A stretch of 64,000 nucleotides of DNA from Heteronotia binoei (GCF_032191835.1 NC_083227.1:40982001-41046000), one strand, 5' to 3'. Shown: positions 10,847-23,445, counted from the stretch's first letter. Notes: generated by a model from the letters alone, not told the origin. Translations and numbers: made by a program.

Positions 10847-10982
10847 CAGGGGTGGCCAACAGTAGCTCTCCAGATGTTTTTTGCCTACAACTCCCATCAG
10901 CCCCAGCCAGCATGGCCAATGGCTGGGGCTGATGGAAGTTGTAGGCAAAACACATCTGGAGAGCTATTGTTGGCCACACCTG
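10847..10982. mobile_element. Palindromic hAT MITE, same family as 1092..1227
   Basis: caggggtggccaac...tggccacacctg; degenerate TSD ccataggg/ccatggag. Confidence 0.85.
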
Positions 10983-11720
10983 CCATGGAGTTTTCCAGGC
11001 AAGAGATGTTTTGCCATTGCATAACAAACTTGGACGGCTCCTGTCCAAGTACTAACCAGGGCTCACCCTGCTTAGCTTCCAAGAGCCAATGAGGTCAGGC
11101 TAGCTCCATCAGGCTGAATAGTGCCCACTACAAGCATTAAAATGACCTGAAAGCAATAAAAAGTCTCCATAAAATAAGACAGGAGAGGTCTTCCTTAAAT
11201 AAAATATCTTTCATCATAAGTAGTAAAAGGTCCTACATGGAATAATTAATGAAGGGGGTGTGGCTAATGATGTCACCAGTAGTGATGTCAGCAAGAGCAC
11301 ACCCACTGCGTTACATCCCTGTAAAGAGATGTCAGCAGGCCATGCTGGATGTGATGTGTTTTGGGCACACCCCTCCTCCTCTATTCACTGGAAATGATGT
11401 CAGCCAGGCAGTCTCCCTGCCACATGACTGGAGTGAAGTGCTTAGGACACCCCTCCACTCCTGCATCACAGGAAGTGATGTGGCCAGGCCATTCCCCTTT
11501 CTATGTCACCAGAAATGACGGAGACTCCTAGCATATTAATTGGGCAATTTGCACATTCCCTTGAAATGACATGTTAACTCCATCCCCACCATCACTAGAT
11601 GTGACCTGACCAGCCCTACCCTGCCACCTTCTCCAGCGCCACCCACTGTGGCATAATTCAACTTCCGCCTGCTGTGCCCCACACAGAAATGGGGGAACCA
11701 CCATTGGGAAGGCCCAAGTA

Positions 11721-12552
11721 TAGGGTTGCCACGTCCAATTCAAGAAATATCTGGGGACTTTGGGGGCGGAGCCAGGAGACTTTGGGGGTGGAGCCAGGAG
11801 ACATTGGGGCCAGGAACAAGGGTGTGACAAGCATAATTGAACTCCAAGGGAGTTCTGGCCATCACATTTAAAGGGGCAGCACACCTTTTCAAATGCCTTT
11901 CTTCCATAGGAAATAAGGAAGGATAGGGGCACCATATTTTGGGGCTCAAAGAATTGGACCCCCTGGTCCAATCATTTTGAAACTTGGGGGGTATTTTGGG
12001 GGGAGGCACTAGATGCTATACTGAAAATTTGGTGCCTCTACCTCAAAAATTAGCTCCCCCAGAGCCCTCAATACCCACTGATCAATTCCCCATTATTCCC
12101 TATGGGAATCATTCTCCATAGGAAATAATAGAGTGCCCAGTAGACATTTCCCTCCCCGCCCCCCACACTTTCTAAAGCGGGGGGCGGGATGGCCTCCAAA
12201 CCAGGGAATCCCCTGCCCCCTCCCTCTCTCTCACACACAAATACTTACTGGGTCTTATTCCTGCAGAACTTTACTGGCTCTGAAAACGAAAGCAAAAGAA
12301 AGGGATGGGCCGTTCTCTGAGGAAACTGTTACTGACCCTTTCGCATGAAGCCCTTCCTGTTCCCCACTTCCTGCTCAACCTTAAAGGCACACATTTTAAA
12401 AACTGTTTACAGGTTTCTAAACCTGCAGGAGCTCTAAATCTACAGAATGACTGTGGGGGCGGGGCTTCCCCCACCGGCCAGCTGGCTGGGGGCGGGGAGA
12501 AGCCTGTCAAAACAGGGGATCCCTCGCTGGGACCTGGGGATTGGGAAGCCTA
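11721..12552 (-). mobile_element. hAT MITE (TAGGGTTGCC family, long variant, 832 bp)
   Basis: TIR tagggttgcc; perfect 8-bp TSD cccaagta (11713-11720 / 12553-12560). Confidence 0.9.
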
Positions 12553-13887
12553 CCCAAGTATGGCCATGTGACCCCTCTAGCAACACATCTGGTCACCCCT
12601 GACCAATAGTAAATGGCCTGGGACCTGCCCCAGACTAGGTGATTTGAAGAAAGAAGTCATTTATGCTAACAGACACTCGCTTAGGCTCTTGGTGAGAACA
12701 TGGTAACTCTGGTTAGACCTCTTGTACTTGTCACCCTGCCAGCACTGGTGAGGCCTAACTTCAAAAGGCATTATATCAGGAATTCTAAGGATGAAGAATT
12801 TGTTCCTACAAAGCTTCACATTGCCTTACTGGTGTTTGAATAAGAAACACAAACTAGTTTGGACAGTGGGGAAGCAGCTGCTGACATGTCTGAATTGAGG
12901 TTTCCCAAATATGGTATGGACTGAGGGAAGATATTCTAGATTTGTAGGAGCTGATTCCAGCCAAGAACTCCCAGACACAGGTAATTTGAAAAAACGGAAG
13001 GGAAGGAGGCAGAAATCATTGTGGTGTAGAATGCAGACTATGCATAGAGCTTTTAAGTTAAAAATGTGCTTTTTATTTTCTAGGATACCACAGGCAATGA
13101 GGAAGAACTTTCTCAGTTAACTTACACTGAGCCTACAGAGAAAATTCCTAATGTTATTCTAGCAGAGAACATTCCCATAGAAGAAGAAGACCATAGAGTT
13201 ATACCCCGCCCTTCTCGCTGAATCAGTCTCAGAGCAGCTTACAATCTCCTCTATCTTCTTCCCCTACAACAAACACCCTGTGAGGTAGGTGGGGCTGAGA
13301 GAGCTCTCACTCAGAGAAGGTCTCCTGTGTGCCCCCAAACAATACATTGATTAGTTTTTTTGTGGCGGGGGGGGGAGGGTTAAACAATGATTTGGGAGAG
13401 GCTTGATGTGTTAAAGCAATGTCTTTGATGGAGGCAGAATGTTTTCCTCCTCAGCTGAACTATTGTATTAACTGCTGCTTGATAAGGTTAAATGCATAAT
13501 GAGGAAGCAGGGCCGGGTGTGGACATGATTAGTTGAAGGTGTGGTATAGTTGTTCTGGGAAACCCATTGTCTCTGTATGTATGTCTTTTTCAAGGTGGTG
13601 ATGAGGTTGGCGAGGTCAAGCATTACACTTTTAAAATCATTTCCCAGGCACTTACCACACCAGCCTCCATTTTGTTTGTAATAGAGCCATTTGGTTTCTA
13701 GCTTTGCAACCGAGGCCTGACAGAACACTGCACATATGGTTTTGGGAGGAGGGGGGTAATTTTTTTTTTCAGAATGGGGTTACTACTCTTTTCATGCAAA
13801 CTGCACTTTCTATGGGAGGGCTTGTTGCTAACAGTTTTGGGGGATATGTCAAGCATTTGCCAGGCTTGAAAAAACTTAAAATGCATT

Positions 13888-14950
13888 AAAACCCTCATTC
13901 ACCGTGCATCACGCATCTGTGAACCAAGCCAACTCCAACAGGAACTACACCACCTCAAACAGTCACTGCAGGCCAATGGATACTCCCAACAAGAAATTAG
14001 AAGAGCCCTCCATCCCAGGAGACCATCCACTCCAAATCCTGAGCCACACACAAATGTGGGTACAGCCTTCCTGCCTTACATAAAATCTGTCACCGACCGC
14101 ATTGGCAAAATTCTCAAACGCCATAATGTTGACACAGTCTTCAAGCCCACACAACAGATCCGCCACATGCTGCGCTCGGCCAAAGATATGAGAGATCCAC
14201 TTTCAACCCCTGGAGTCTACAAAATACCCTGCTCCTGTGGTGCAGTCTACATTGGCACTACCCAACGCAGTATCAACACCCGTCTCACCGAACACAAGAG
14301 ACACCGTCGCTTGTTTCAGCCAGAAAAATCAGCTGTAGCTGAACATGCACTTCAAGAAGGAGACCACGTCATCCACTTTGAAAGAACTGAAGTCCTTTCT
14401 ACGGTCTCACATTATCATACCCGCCTGAACAGAGAAGCTATTGAGATTTACAAACACCAGCACAATTTTAACAGAAAGGAAGAAGGCATTTTCATCCACC
14501 AATCTTGGTACCCAGCTCTGCAAAACACCCTACAGACTATAAATTGCAGAAAGTCTCAGAACAACCAGCAAATTCCACAGAACAATCAGCACAGTCAACA
14601 ACCATCTTCCTTATCTTCAAACCCCTTCCAACCCTCCCAGCAATTAACACAGAACAATGGTCACATTCAACAGCCAGTTTCCTTATCACTACCCTTCCAG
14701 GAAGCCCCACCAAACAATGGGCACATCCACAAACCAATTGCCCTTTCATCACACCCCCTCCAGCCTACAAATAGCAGCTCTCCAGCAGCCCTGGCCCCAC
14801 TCAATGCACAGCAGCCAAGAAGGTCTGAGCGCCTGCTCCGGCTGCAATGCCACTGAGGATGTTCTCCGCAGCTGAGAATGAAACGTCTGGAAGGAAAACT
14901 TTCTCCAATAGAACACGGCACTTGATCCCGAAAGACTCTACAAACCCTAA
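13888..14950 (+). mobile_element. Penelope-like retroelement, 5'-truncated, with GIY-YIG endonuclease domain
   Basis: ORF 14056..14856 contains LPYIKSVTDRI...GVYKIPCSCGAVYIGTTQR...SAVAEH...REAIEI; flanked by duplicated ttaaaatgcatt (13876-13887 / 14951-14962). Confidence 0.92.
14850..14890 (+). ncRNA. Minimal type I hammerhead ribozyme motif in the Penelope 3' end
   Basis: cca-CTGAGGA-t-GTTCTC(cgcagct)GAGAAT-GAAA-CGTC-tgg: catalytic core, 6-bp stem II, 3-bp stem I, palindromic ACGT in place of stem III. Confidence 0.7.
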
Positions 14951-14982
14951 TTAAAATGCATTCTTTAACCCTTTTAAAACAG

Positions 14983-16017
14983 GAACAACTACCAGCTGCA
15001 ACAGCATCAGTGGTAGGGTTGCCAAGTCCATTTCAAGAAATATCTGGGGACTTTGGAGGTGGAGCCAGAAGACTTTGGGAATGGAGTCAGGAGACATCGG
15101 GTGGCGCCAGGAACAAGGTTGTGACAAGCATAACTGAGCTCCAAAGGGAGTTCTGGCCATCACATTTAAAGGGACCGCACACCTTTTAAATTCCTTCCCT
15201 CCATTGGAAACAATGAAGAATAGGGGCACCTTTTGGGCGGCTCATAGAATTGGACCCCCTGGCCCAATCCTTTTGAAACTTGGTGGGTATTTTGGGGAGA
15301 GGCACTGGACACTATGCTGAAAATTTGGTGCCTCTGCCTCAAAAAACTTCCTCCCCAGAGCCTCAGATACCTGCAGATCAATTCTGCATTATACCTGATG
15401 AGAATCGGCCTCCATAGGGAATAATGGAGTGCCCAGCAGACATTTCCCTCCCTCCTCCTGCTTTCTGATGACCCTGAAGTGGGGGGGCCTCCAAATTGGG
15501 GAATCCCCTACCCCCACCTGAGGATTGGCAACCCTAATCAGTGGGTATGAGCCACCGCAAAAGGATCATCTCTATGAGAAACCTTCTGAACATGGAAATT
15601 GACAAGGATACAGACTTTATCCCACCTCAGAAACATAAAATGATCATGAGTAGTACTGTAAGAGTTGGAGTTTTAAAACACTGCATTAACAAATATTTAT
15701 ATGAGTTGTGTGAGGGATGTACTCTTCAGGCACCAGCACAAGCAGTACATCAGTTCCTCACCTGGTCTGCAAAAATTGTGGACAGAAAAGTTAAGTTTGT
15801 ATGTGATGAAGTTTGTATAAGCCCTATTGTCCTTGTGACCTTAATTGCCTGGTTCTCACTCAAGAAAATATGGACCAGGTTTTTAACTTATTAAATAAAG
15901 TGGGAGATGCAGCACTCCCAGCAGACTCTTGAAACCATTTTAAATCATGTGCAAGGATATATTAAAGAGAAACATTACCGAACCTATTTAATTTGCCAGA
16001 AAAATGAAAAGAAATGA
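14983..16017 (+). pseudogene. Decayed coding-like exon of unidentified gene, split by an hAT MITE and two frameshifts
   Basis: Acceptor-like ttctttaacccttttaaaacag ends at 14982. Removing the MITE 15014..15536 restores one frame, EQLPAATASVGMSHRKR...VCDEVCIS. Frameshifted continuations read PYCPCDLNCLVLTQENMDQVFNLLNKVGD and QQTLETILNHVQGYIKEKHYRTYL. Confidence 0.35.
15014..15536 (-). mobile_element. hAT MITE (TAGGGTTGCC family)
   Basis: TIRs tagggttgcca / tggcaacccta; perfect 8-bp TSD atcagtgg (15006-15013 / 15537-15544). Confidence 0.92.
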
Positions 16018-16820
16018 AGTGTTACAGTATTGTAATACAAGGAAAAGAGATTGCAGCTCCTTTTTACTGCTTGAAAATAAAATAAACTGTAGATAAAGGA
16101 ACTATTTTGAAATTCAGTGCTGTTTTTTTCTAGCTGTTTTCTCACTTCCTGTAAAAATTAAGAGGATAATATTATTGTGACTCTATATCTTTAATAACAA
16201 TGGTTGTTCTTGTACAGCTTTAATCAATCAACAATGGCCTGTAGAATACTATGATCCACGTTGTAGTGAGTAAGAAGGCTGCCCATAATATTTGCTGGAA
16301 GATTTTATCTCTTTTAAAGACTGGAGCAGTGCCTTCCCTTTAGATATCATTTTCTATTCTTTGGTAAGTTAAAATACTGAATGCATGCATCAACTATTAG
16401 GCAACTAGTTTGGTTGCCAGAATGTATATATTTTGTTCCAGATGGTTCCTGGTAAGAGGTAAAATTTACTCACTGGGGAGGAGACTGTGTGAAGAAACAC
16501 TTCTGATGATTGTTTTGTCTGAAACAGGAAGCCTTCTGCCTAAAGACCCGTTAAGCAATCAACATATATTCTTTGTCAAGCAAGTTTTCCAGTCAGAAAA
16601 ATTAGAAAGTTATGCGTTCTTTAAGCAATCAACAATCTTGTCAAGCAAGATTTGCACTGCCAGAAGCAATTCAAAAGCTAGCTAAGAAGCAATCAACATA
16701 TTCTAAGATAGAAGTAACGTATTCTAAGAAGCAATCAACACATGTGCTTTGTCAATCAAACCTTGCAGTACTAGGAACCCACACAGCCCATGTTGGGAAT
16801 GTTGCTTGGAACTGTGTTTG

Positions 16821-16986
16821 CAGGGCTTTTTTGTAGCAGGAACTCATTTGCATAATAGGCCACACACCCTGATGTAGCCAACCCTCCTGAAGCTTACAGT
16901 TGACCCTGTACTAAGAGCCCTGTAAGCTCTTGGAGGATTGCCTACATCAGGGGTGTAGCAGGAGTTCCTGCTACAAAAAAAGCCCT
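16821..16986. mobile_element. Palindromic MITE (agggcttttt...aaaaagccct family)
   Basis: Terminal inverted repeats agggcttttttgtagcaggaact / agttcctgctacaaaaaaagccct; related copies at about 46800, 52950 and 62640. Confidence 0.8.
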
Positions 16987-18385
16987 GGTTGTTTGACTTC
17001 TGTACCTAATGTGGAACATTTAAACATCGGGTTGGACATTTTTGTGGTGCTTTATGCTCCAGTATTGCGATATTGTAACTTTAAGAGATCCTTTATCGCT
17101 TTGAGAGATATGCTGTGTTTGTTATATAAATAAAAGCAGCTATTTGGTTTATGCATGGTGGTTTCTTTATTACTGTTCCAGTAATTTCTTTTTGTCCCAC
17201 CCTTGAGGATGAAACAAATATTCCATGAAAAATGCATTCAGTGCTCAGAGGAATGTGCCATCATGTTTTCCGAGAACACAAATTAGGTGGTTTAATACCG
17301 TAATGACACAATTGGGCATATATAAGATAGCTACACCCTAAAAACTGAATCAGTTTGGGTTGGAGTGAAAGGCGCTTTGGAAAGAATCTTAGAAATTGTG
17401 TTTTATCTTTTAAATTTAAGATAGATGGGATAAGAGGTGACATGTATGTTTTTTAATTTCTAGTTCCATTGGTATGCTAGCATTTTTTCATGATTATGGT
17501 CCTTTCATCATTTCAAGAGTGATTAGACTGCTTTTTCAAGACCTGCTGCCTGCTTGCCATCTTCAGACAAGAGGTCTGTCCAGCTCATCACCTCATAGAA
17601 AAGAGCAACTGCCTTCCCTTTGCAAGGTAGTTTTAACAAACCTGTGTCTTCTCCCCCTTGCCATCACTCCTGCCTGCCCTTGATCCAGTCACCCAGGTCG
17701 CATCCCAAAAGCTCTCCTGGAAGGTATTCTGGGAACTCTCCAGAAATTGTCTAGAGACTTCCTGGCACCAAATTCCTTAGTTGGTTTCCTACTAGGTTTA
17801 TTTGCATATGTATAGATGTAATCAATCAGGCCTTTGAACTCCTTGCCACTTCCAACCCACCCATCCCCACTTTTAAAGGGGAGGGGGGTTCTCCATAGTC
17901 TCCATTTGAATATAGAACAAAATAGGAGTCAAATTCACCTTTAAGACCAACAAAGTTTTATTCAGAATGTAAGCTTTTGTGTGCTAGCTACATGGATCTA
18001 TCTACTGTTTGAATATAGGTAACAGTTGTGCTTCTTCACAGTTGTTATTGCCAGGGGTTGCTTTGTAGAAAAAAAGGTGGTGGAGCTCATCCAGGGATCA
18101 TTATGCAGCTGCACCTACTATTCAATGGACAAGGTGGGAAGGAGGAGGTGGAACTGTCAGAAAGGTTCAGGAGCTGTGCTCCTGTGAGCTCCCGCTGAAT
18201 TTAAGACCTGGTTATTGCACCTATCAGCAGCCTTTGATGCTGTGGGCCATGACTTTCTGTCATGTTGTCTTGAGGCAGAGGAAGGAATTAAGGAAAGTGC
18301 TTTGGACTGGTTTAAAAATCATGCCTTATGGATCATACTCTGTTTTTTCTTTCTTCTGCATTCACTGTGGAAAGTGTTGGGCAAG

Positions 18386-18996
18386 TGTGGCAGGAATACC
18401 CCTGCAATTGGTGGTTGGTCAGTGAACAGACTAGGTCAGAGGCTCAATCAGGAAAAACGGCAGTTTATTGAAAAAACATGCACGGGCTTCAGACGGACTC
18501 ACGTCCCAAAAATTCTGAAAGCCTCGATATGAGGCATAACACAAGCTTTTATACCATACAGTATCGATACATCAGCCCAATTATCATTTTCACAGGAACA
18601 AGGTGGGGGCTGGGTAGGTACTTTTTGGTACTTTCCATACATGGCATTATTATGTGCAATCTCATGCTTAGCCGCAATTTCCTTTAAAGTAAACATGTTA
18701 TTCTCAGCATCTTTGGGTTTCTCCAGGACTTTTTTCGGGGTGCAAAATACATAATGCTCTGTTCCAGTAAGCATTAGCAAATCCACATTCCCCTTTCACT
18801 GAACTATGCTCTACAGGCAACCACACTTCGCTTGCTTGGGACATCTTTGGCAAGAGCGCAGGGGGAAACCACTTCTTTTTCCCACAGAGAGATTTCACAT
18901 AATGCGCATATTTCAAACTTTGTCCCTTTTACCCTCTTTTATCAAGCTCCCTGGCCTAATCAATTTAATTGCTATTTATTTTGGCACTGCTATACA
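18386..18996. mobile_element. About 610-bp insertion with TG...CA ends (possible solo LTR)
   Basis: Absent from the paralogous site at about 56365-56375 (gtgttgggc|gtgtacccatg is contiguous there); TSD not clean. Confidence 0.45.
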
Positions 18997-18999
18997 AGT

Positions 19000-20560
19000 A
19001 CCCATGCCACAGCCACTATTTTCTGAAAGGGAGTCTGAAAAAATTGAGCCAAGTTGAGGTGACCAGAGATGAAGTTTTAGACCTATTGGGAAAACTAAAA
19101 AATGATAAATCTCCAGGTCCTGATGGCATACATCCAAGAGTTCTTAGGGAACTCAAATGAGATTGTTGATCTACTAACCCATATATGAAACATCACTAAA
19201 TTCAGCTACTTTACTAAAAGAATGGAAAGTAGCAAAACTTACACTGATTTTTTTTAAAAGGAGTCCAGGTGAGAAATTATAGGCCAGTTAACCTAGTGTC
19301 TGTCCCAGGGAAATTACTAGAAATCGTAATCAAAGATTACTAGGGACATAGAGGAACATAGCTTGAGGGAAAATCAACATGACTTTTGCAAAGGGAAGTC
19401 ATGACTCAGCAGTCATTGGATAAGAGGATAACGGATTAAATCTCTAATGGATTGAAAATTGCCTAATGACAGGTAGCAAATAATAGGAATAAATGGACAG
19501 TTCTTCCAATAGAGGAAAGTAACAGTGGGGCCGCACAAGGATCTGAACCCGGGCCAATTCTAGTCAATTTGTTCGTAAATGATCTGTAAGGAGTGAGTTG
19601 TGTAGTGGTACAGTTTGTAGATGACATAGTATTCAAGATGGTAAAAACCAAGGCTGACTTGGCTGTGATGGGCTCCAGCAGTATCTCCACAAATTGGGTA
19701 AGTTGGCAACAATGTGGCAGATGAAGTTCAGTGTTGGTAAGTGTAAGAGGATCTCAACTTCAAGAATAGGCTAGTGGGGTATGAAAAAGATCTTAGGGTT
19801 TTACAGCTCAATGAAAGTGTCAACACAGTGTGCTGCAGTGGTGAAAAAAGTAAACTCTGTGCCAGGATTGTTAGGAAAGGGACTGAAAATAAAATGATCA
19901 ATATTATAATGTCCCTATATAGATCAATGGTGCAGCCTCATTTGGAATATTGTGTATAGTTCTGGTCACTAAGTCTTGAAAAGAACTTCGCAGAGTTGGA
20001 AAAAGTACAGAAAAGGGCAACACACATTAGAGGCATGGAGCACTTTTCCTATGAAGAAATGTCGAACAGTCTGGGACTTTTCAGTTTTGAAGAGACTACT
20101 AACGAGGGACATGATAGAGGTTTATAAAATAATGCATGGAGTGGAGAGAGTTAACAAATAATTTTTTATCTTCCTCTCCCAAAATACTAGAACTTGAAGA
20201 TACCCAATGAAGTTGATGGGCAGTAGGTTCAGGATGAACAAAAAGGAAATATTTCTTTACATAGAGAATGAGTAAAATGTGGAATTCGCTGCCAGTAGAT
20301 GCAGTGACCACAAATATAGACAGCTTTTAAAGGGAATTAGACAGAATCTATCAGTAGCAACTAGCCATGGTGATTCAAGGGAACCTCCACATTCAGAGGC
20401 AATAGACCTCTGAACACCAATCTAGCAGGCAATATCAGCCTCTATGCCCTGTTATTGGATCTCCAGAGGAACTGGTTAGCTACTGTGTGAGACAGGATGC
20501 TGAACTTGATGAACCACTGATCTGATCCGGCAGGGTTGTTCTTATATGCTTATTGCTGTC
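19000..20560 (+). mobile_element. Degenerate CR1 LINE fragment
   Basis: Peptides KNDKSPGPDGIHPRVLRELK, SLYRSMVQPHLEYCV, RDMIEVYKIMHGVERV, followed by a CR1-type 3' UTR. Confidence 0.9.
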
Positions 20561-20663
20561 AGAGAGCAGTTGTCAGCAGTGTGGGACTTCCCTTGTGGGA
20601 AGGGGGGGCAACTCTAAGGCAAACTACTGAGATAAACTATGTTTTCCAAAAACACTTGTCCAC

Positions 20664-20857
20664 CAGTGTTCCCTCTAAGCTGAGTTAGTGTGAACTAGCT
20701 CACAGATTTTTAGCCTCCAGCTCACACATTTTTGTCTTAGCTCAAGAAGAATGATCCCAGAACACACTAATTTATGCAGTAGCTCAAAACTTTAATGCCA
20801 CTAGCTCACAAAGTAGAATTTTTGTTCACAGAACTCTGCAGCTTAAAGGGAACATTG
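20664..20857. mobile_element. hAT MITE (cagtgttccctcta family)
   Basis: TIRs cagtgttccc / gggaacattg; perfect 8-bp TSD ttgtccac (20656-20663 / 20858-20865). Confidence 0.9.
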
Positions 20858-21347
20858 TTGTCCACCTTTAAAAACAAAGAAAGATCAGTTTAGAATACTT
20901 AACTTCCCCTCACTTCTTTATACAACCCAAAGGCAAACTAAGGCTGTGTAAATCTGTAATTTGCATTTCCTGGGCAGAATGCATTGCATGATCTTCATTG
21001 CATCTATTTGAACCCCAAGAGTTACCAAATTCCTTGCTCCTGGCTCCACCGCAAAGTCTCCTGGCTCCACCCCCAAAGCCCCCAGATACTTCTTCAATTG
21101 GACTTGGCAACCCTAATAGATATCTGGAAGACATTTATCAAGAAACTTGCCAGGTGACCTTCACCAACTTCTCTCTCAACATATCATACAAGGGCTGTAG
21201 TGAGGATCCAATGAGGAGAAATAAACATGTGCACAGCTCTGAGCTCATTGGAGGAAGGGTGGTATAAAAATATCCTAATAGGTATGCTGGTCATGTAGCA
21301 TCTTCATGCACAGGTGATGTGATACAACCAGCACAGCCAGTTGTCAG

Positions 21348-21480
21348 GGAGAATTCTCTTTATTTGCATAATAATTAATTATAATAGAAGAAGGAAGAGT
21401 AGGAGCAGGCACTTCCGTGATCTACCCTCTTCCTTTGCACTATTATAAAAGCATCTGGAAAGCATATTTTTGCAAAGAAC
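21348..21480 (+). promoter_or_regulatory. LAAO core promoter (TATA box; C/EBP-like and octamer motifs)
   Basis: TATAAAAG 21444-21451, about 80 bp upstream of the ATG; TTGCATAA 21364-21371 overlapping ATTTGCAT 21362-21369; gggagaattct just upstream. TATA, TTGCATAA and gggagaattct are conserved in the paralogous copy. Confidence 0.7.
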
Positions 21481-21527
21481 TCACCACCGTCAAACTCCAC
21501 TGTCCAGAATCCCAAGGGTGAAGACAA

Positions 21528-21540
21528 ATGGGTATCTTCT
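21528..21540 (+). CDS. LAAO: L-amino-acid oxidase, coding exon 1 (MGIF + T, phase 1)
   Basis: ATGGGTATCTTCT|GTAAGT: 13-nt exon with a consensus donor, downstream of TATA. Phase 1 matches exon 2 (T|CG = Ser) and gives the signal peptide [20 protein letters not shown]. Identical in the duplicated copy. Same size and phase as the IL4I1 first coding exon as I recall it. Confidence 0.8.
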
Positions 21541-23256
21541 GTAAGTAATATTGTGCCAAAGAAAACATCACCAGAACTGCTAATTGCTTTTCATCTTAAA
21601 CATACAATTCAAATGTTCTATTTCACTCTACTTGCTCTTTAGAAATAGCTGCATTTTAATTGTTTTTGGCTTTTGCTTTTGGAGTTTTTTTGTTCGTTTT
21701 TCTTTTTACAAATAACCACCAAGGCCTGTGCATCCTTTGTTCAAATTTTAAAATTGAAGTTGTAGGACAAGATCTGTCTCTCTGTGCTCTGTATTATGTG
21801 CTACATGAAGTGTTGCTATTGTTACTGTCACTTGCAGGGGAGTGATTCTCAGCTAGAACTTCATTTCAGAGTGGCAGCCATGTTAATCTGTTGCAGCAAA
21901 AATAACCAGAAGTTTTGTGGTACCTGAAAAGATTAACAAAATGTATTTCAGCATCAGTTTTGGTGAGCTGCAGCCCACTTTGTCAGATATATGTTGCATG
22001 GATCTTGTCTAGGCAAGCATAAGCATATGAGTAATGGAAAAAATAAATGGAGCTCAAAGGTCCATGAAATATAGGAAAGACAGGGCAAGATGTAATTATT
22101 TGAAATTTAGATGGTATCAGGGAAAGTAGCATTTCCAAGAATCATTCCCATGCAGAGACTATTCCCAAGAATCATTTATAGTTTATTATAGTTCAAACTA
22201 GTTCATACTTATAATAGCTGAGGAAATCCAGGTCCTTGTTCAGTCCTGGGAAGAGGGGGAAGAAACTGCTGGATTCAGTTCAGCACTGGAAGTCCTTTGG
22301 CATTCTCTTTAGTTGGAAGAAGGTATTAATGGATGTCAGTTTTATTTATTATTCTTGTTAATAACTGGAATCCAATTTTTAACCAATGGGATTGAGATTC
22401 ACTCTTCTTGTTTGAGGACACATGGATGCATTACTGTAACTGATAAGGACAAATAAAATATCAAAATTCTTCTGACAATGAATGGTAGAGCTGGTTTATT
22501 AAATGGTCACATTTCTTTTAATAGGAAGATGCTTACTGTTTAAACAAAGATAAATATTTAATTGGTGAACAGTCCTAGTCTCAAAAAAATCCTCTTAATC
22601 TGAATATCTTCATCTTATTTTTTTTTTTATCAACATTCCCTACTGTAGATGTTGTTGGATTTAGTGGCATTAAGAAGGTGTACAACTGGCAAATTGATGC
22701 TTAACACAATTAACTTAAATCAGTATAACTTAAGATGTAAGGAGGGGTCTTGTAGCACTCTGAAGACTTCTGGCATAACATTTTGTGGGCTGGAGCTTCA
22801 CTTTGTCAGACATATGTTGTGGGAAATGCTGTAAAAAGAAGAGTGAAAGGTCCATGAAATACAGGAAGCACAAGAAGTGATGTGATTGTGTAAATTTCAA
22901 ATGTAAACAAGAAAGAGACAATGACCACTCACACTAGCAGTCATTGCAAGTTCCCTTGCTTTGCTATGCTACTTAAGACCTGCAATAACTAAGGAGCTCC
23001 AGATCGTGTTCAATTCTCAGAGATGGTAATCAAACTGTATGTACCTAAGCATCATCAAGTCACAATATATTTATTCCAGCAATGGGCTTTCAAGACAAGT
23101 AAGAAGTAGAGGTGGTTCACCATTTCCTTCATCTGCTGAGCCTTCTTTGGCGGTCTCCCATCCAAGTGGTTCGCTTCTGAGAGATGACAGGTTCAGGCTA
23201 TACCATGCCACCTTCCCTGCCTGTCTCAAATTTAAAAAGTAAAGATAGTCCCCTGT

Positions 23257-23445
23257 GCAAACACCAGTCATTTCCGACTCTGGGGTGACATCGCATCACA
23301 ACGTTTTCACAGCAGACTTTTAATGGGGTGGTTTGCCATTGCCTTCCCCAGTCATCTACACTACACTATCCCCCCAGCAAGCTGGGTACTCATTTTACTG
23401 AGCTTGAAAAGATGGAAGGCTGAGTTAACCTTGATCCGGCTAGGA
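23257..23445 (-). mobile_element. Sauria SINE (Squam1-like) 3' part
   Basis: Reverse complement of the ...aaggcaatggcaaaccacccc...gagtcggaaatgactggtgtttgcacagggga tail; absent from the paralogous copy near 60770. Confidence 0.8.
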
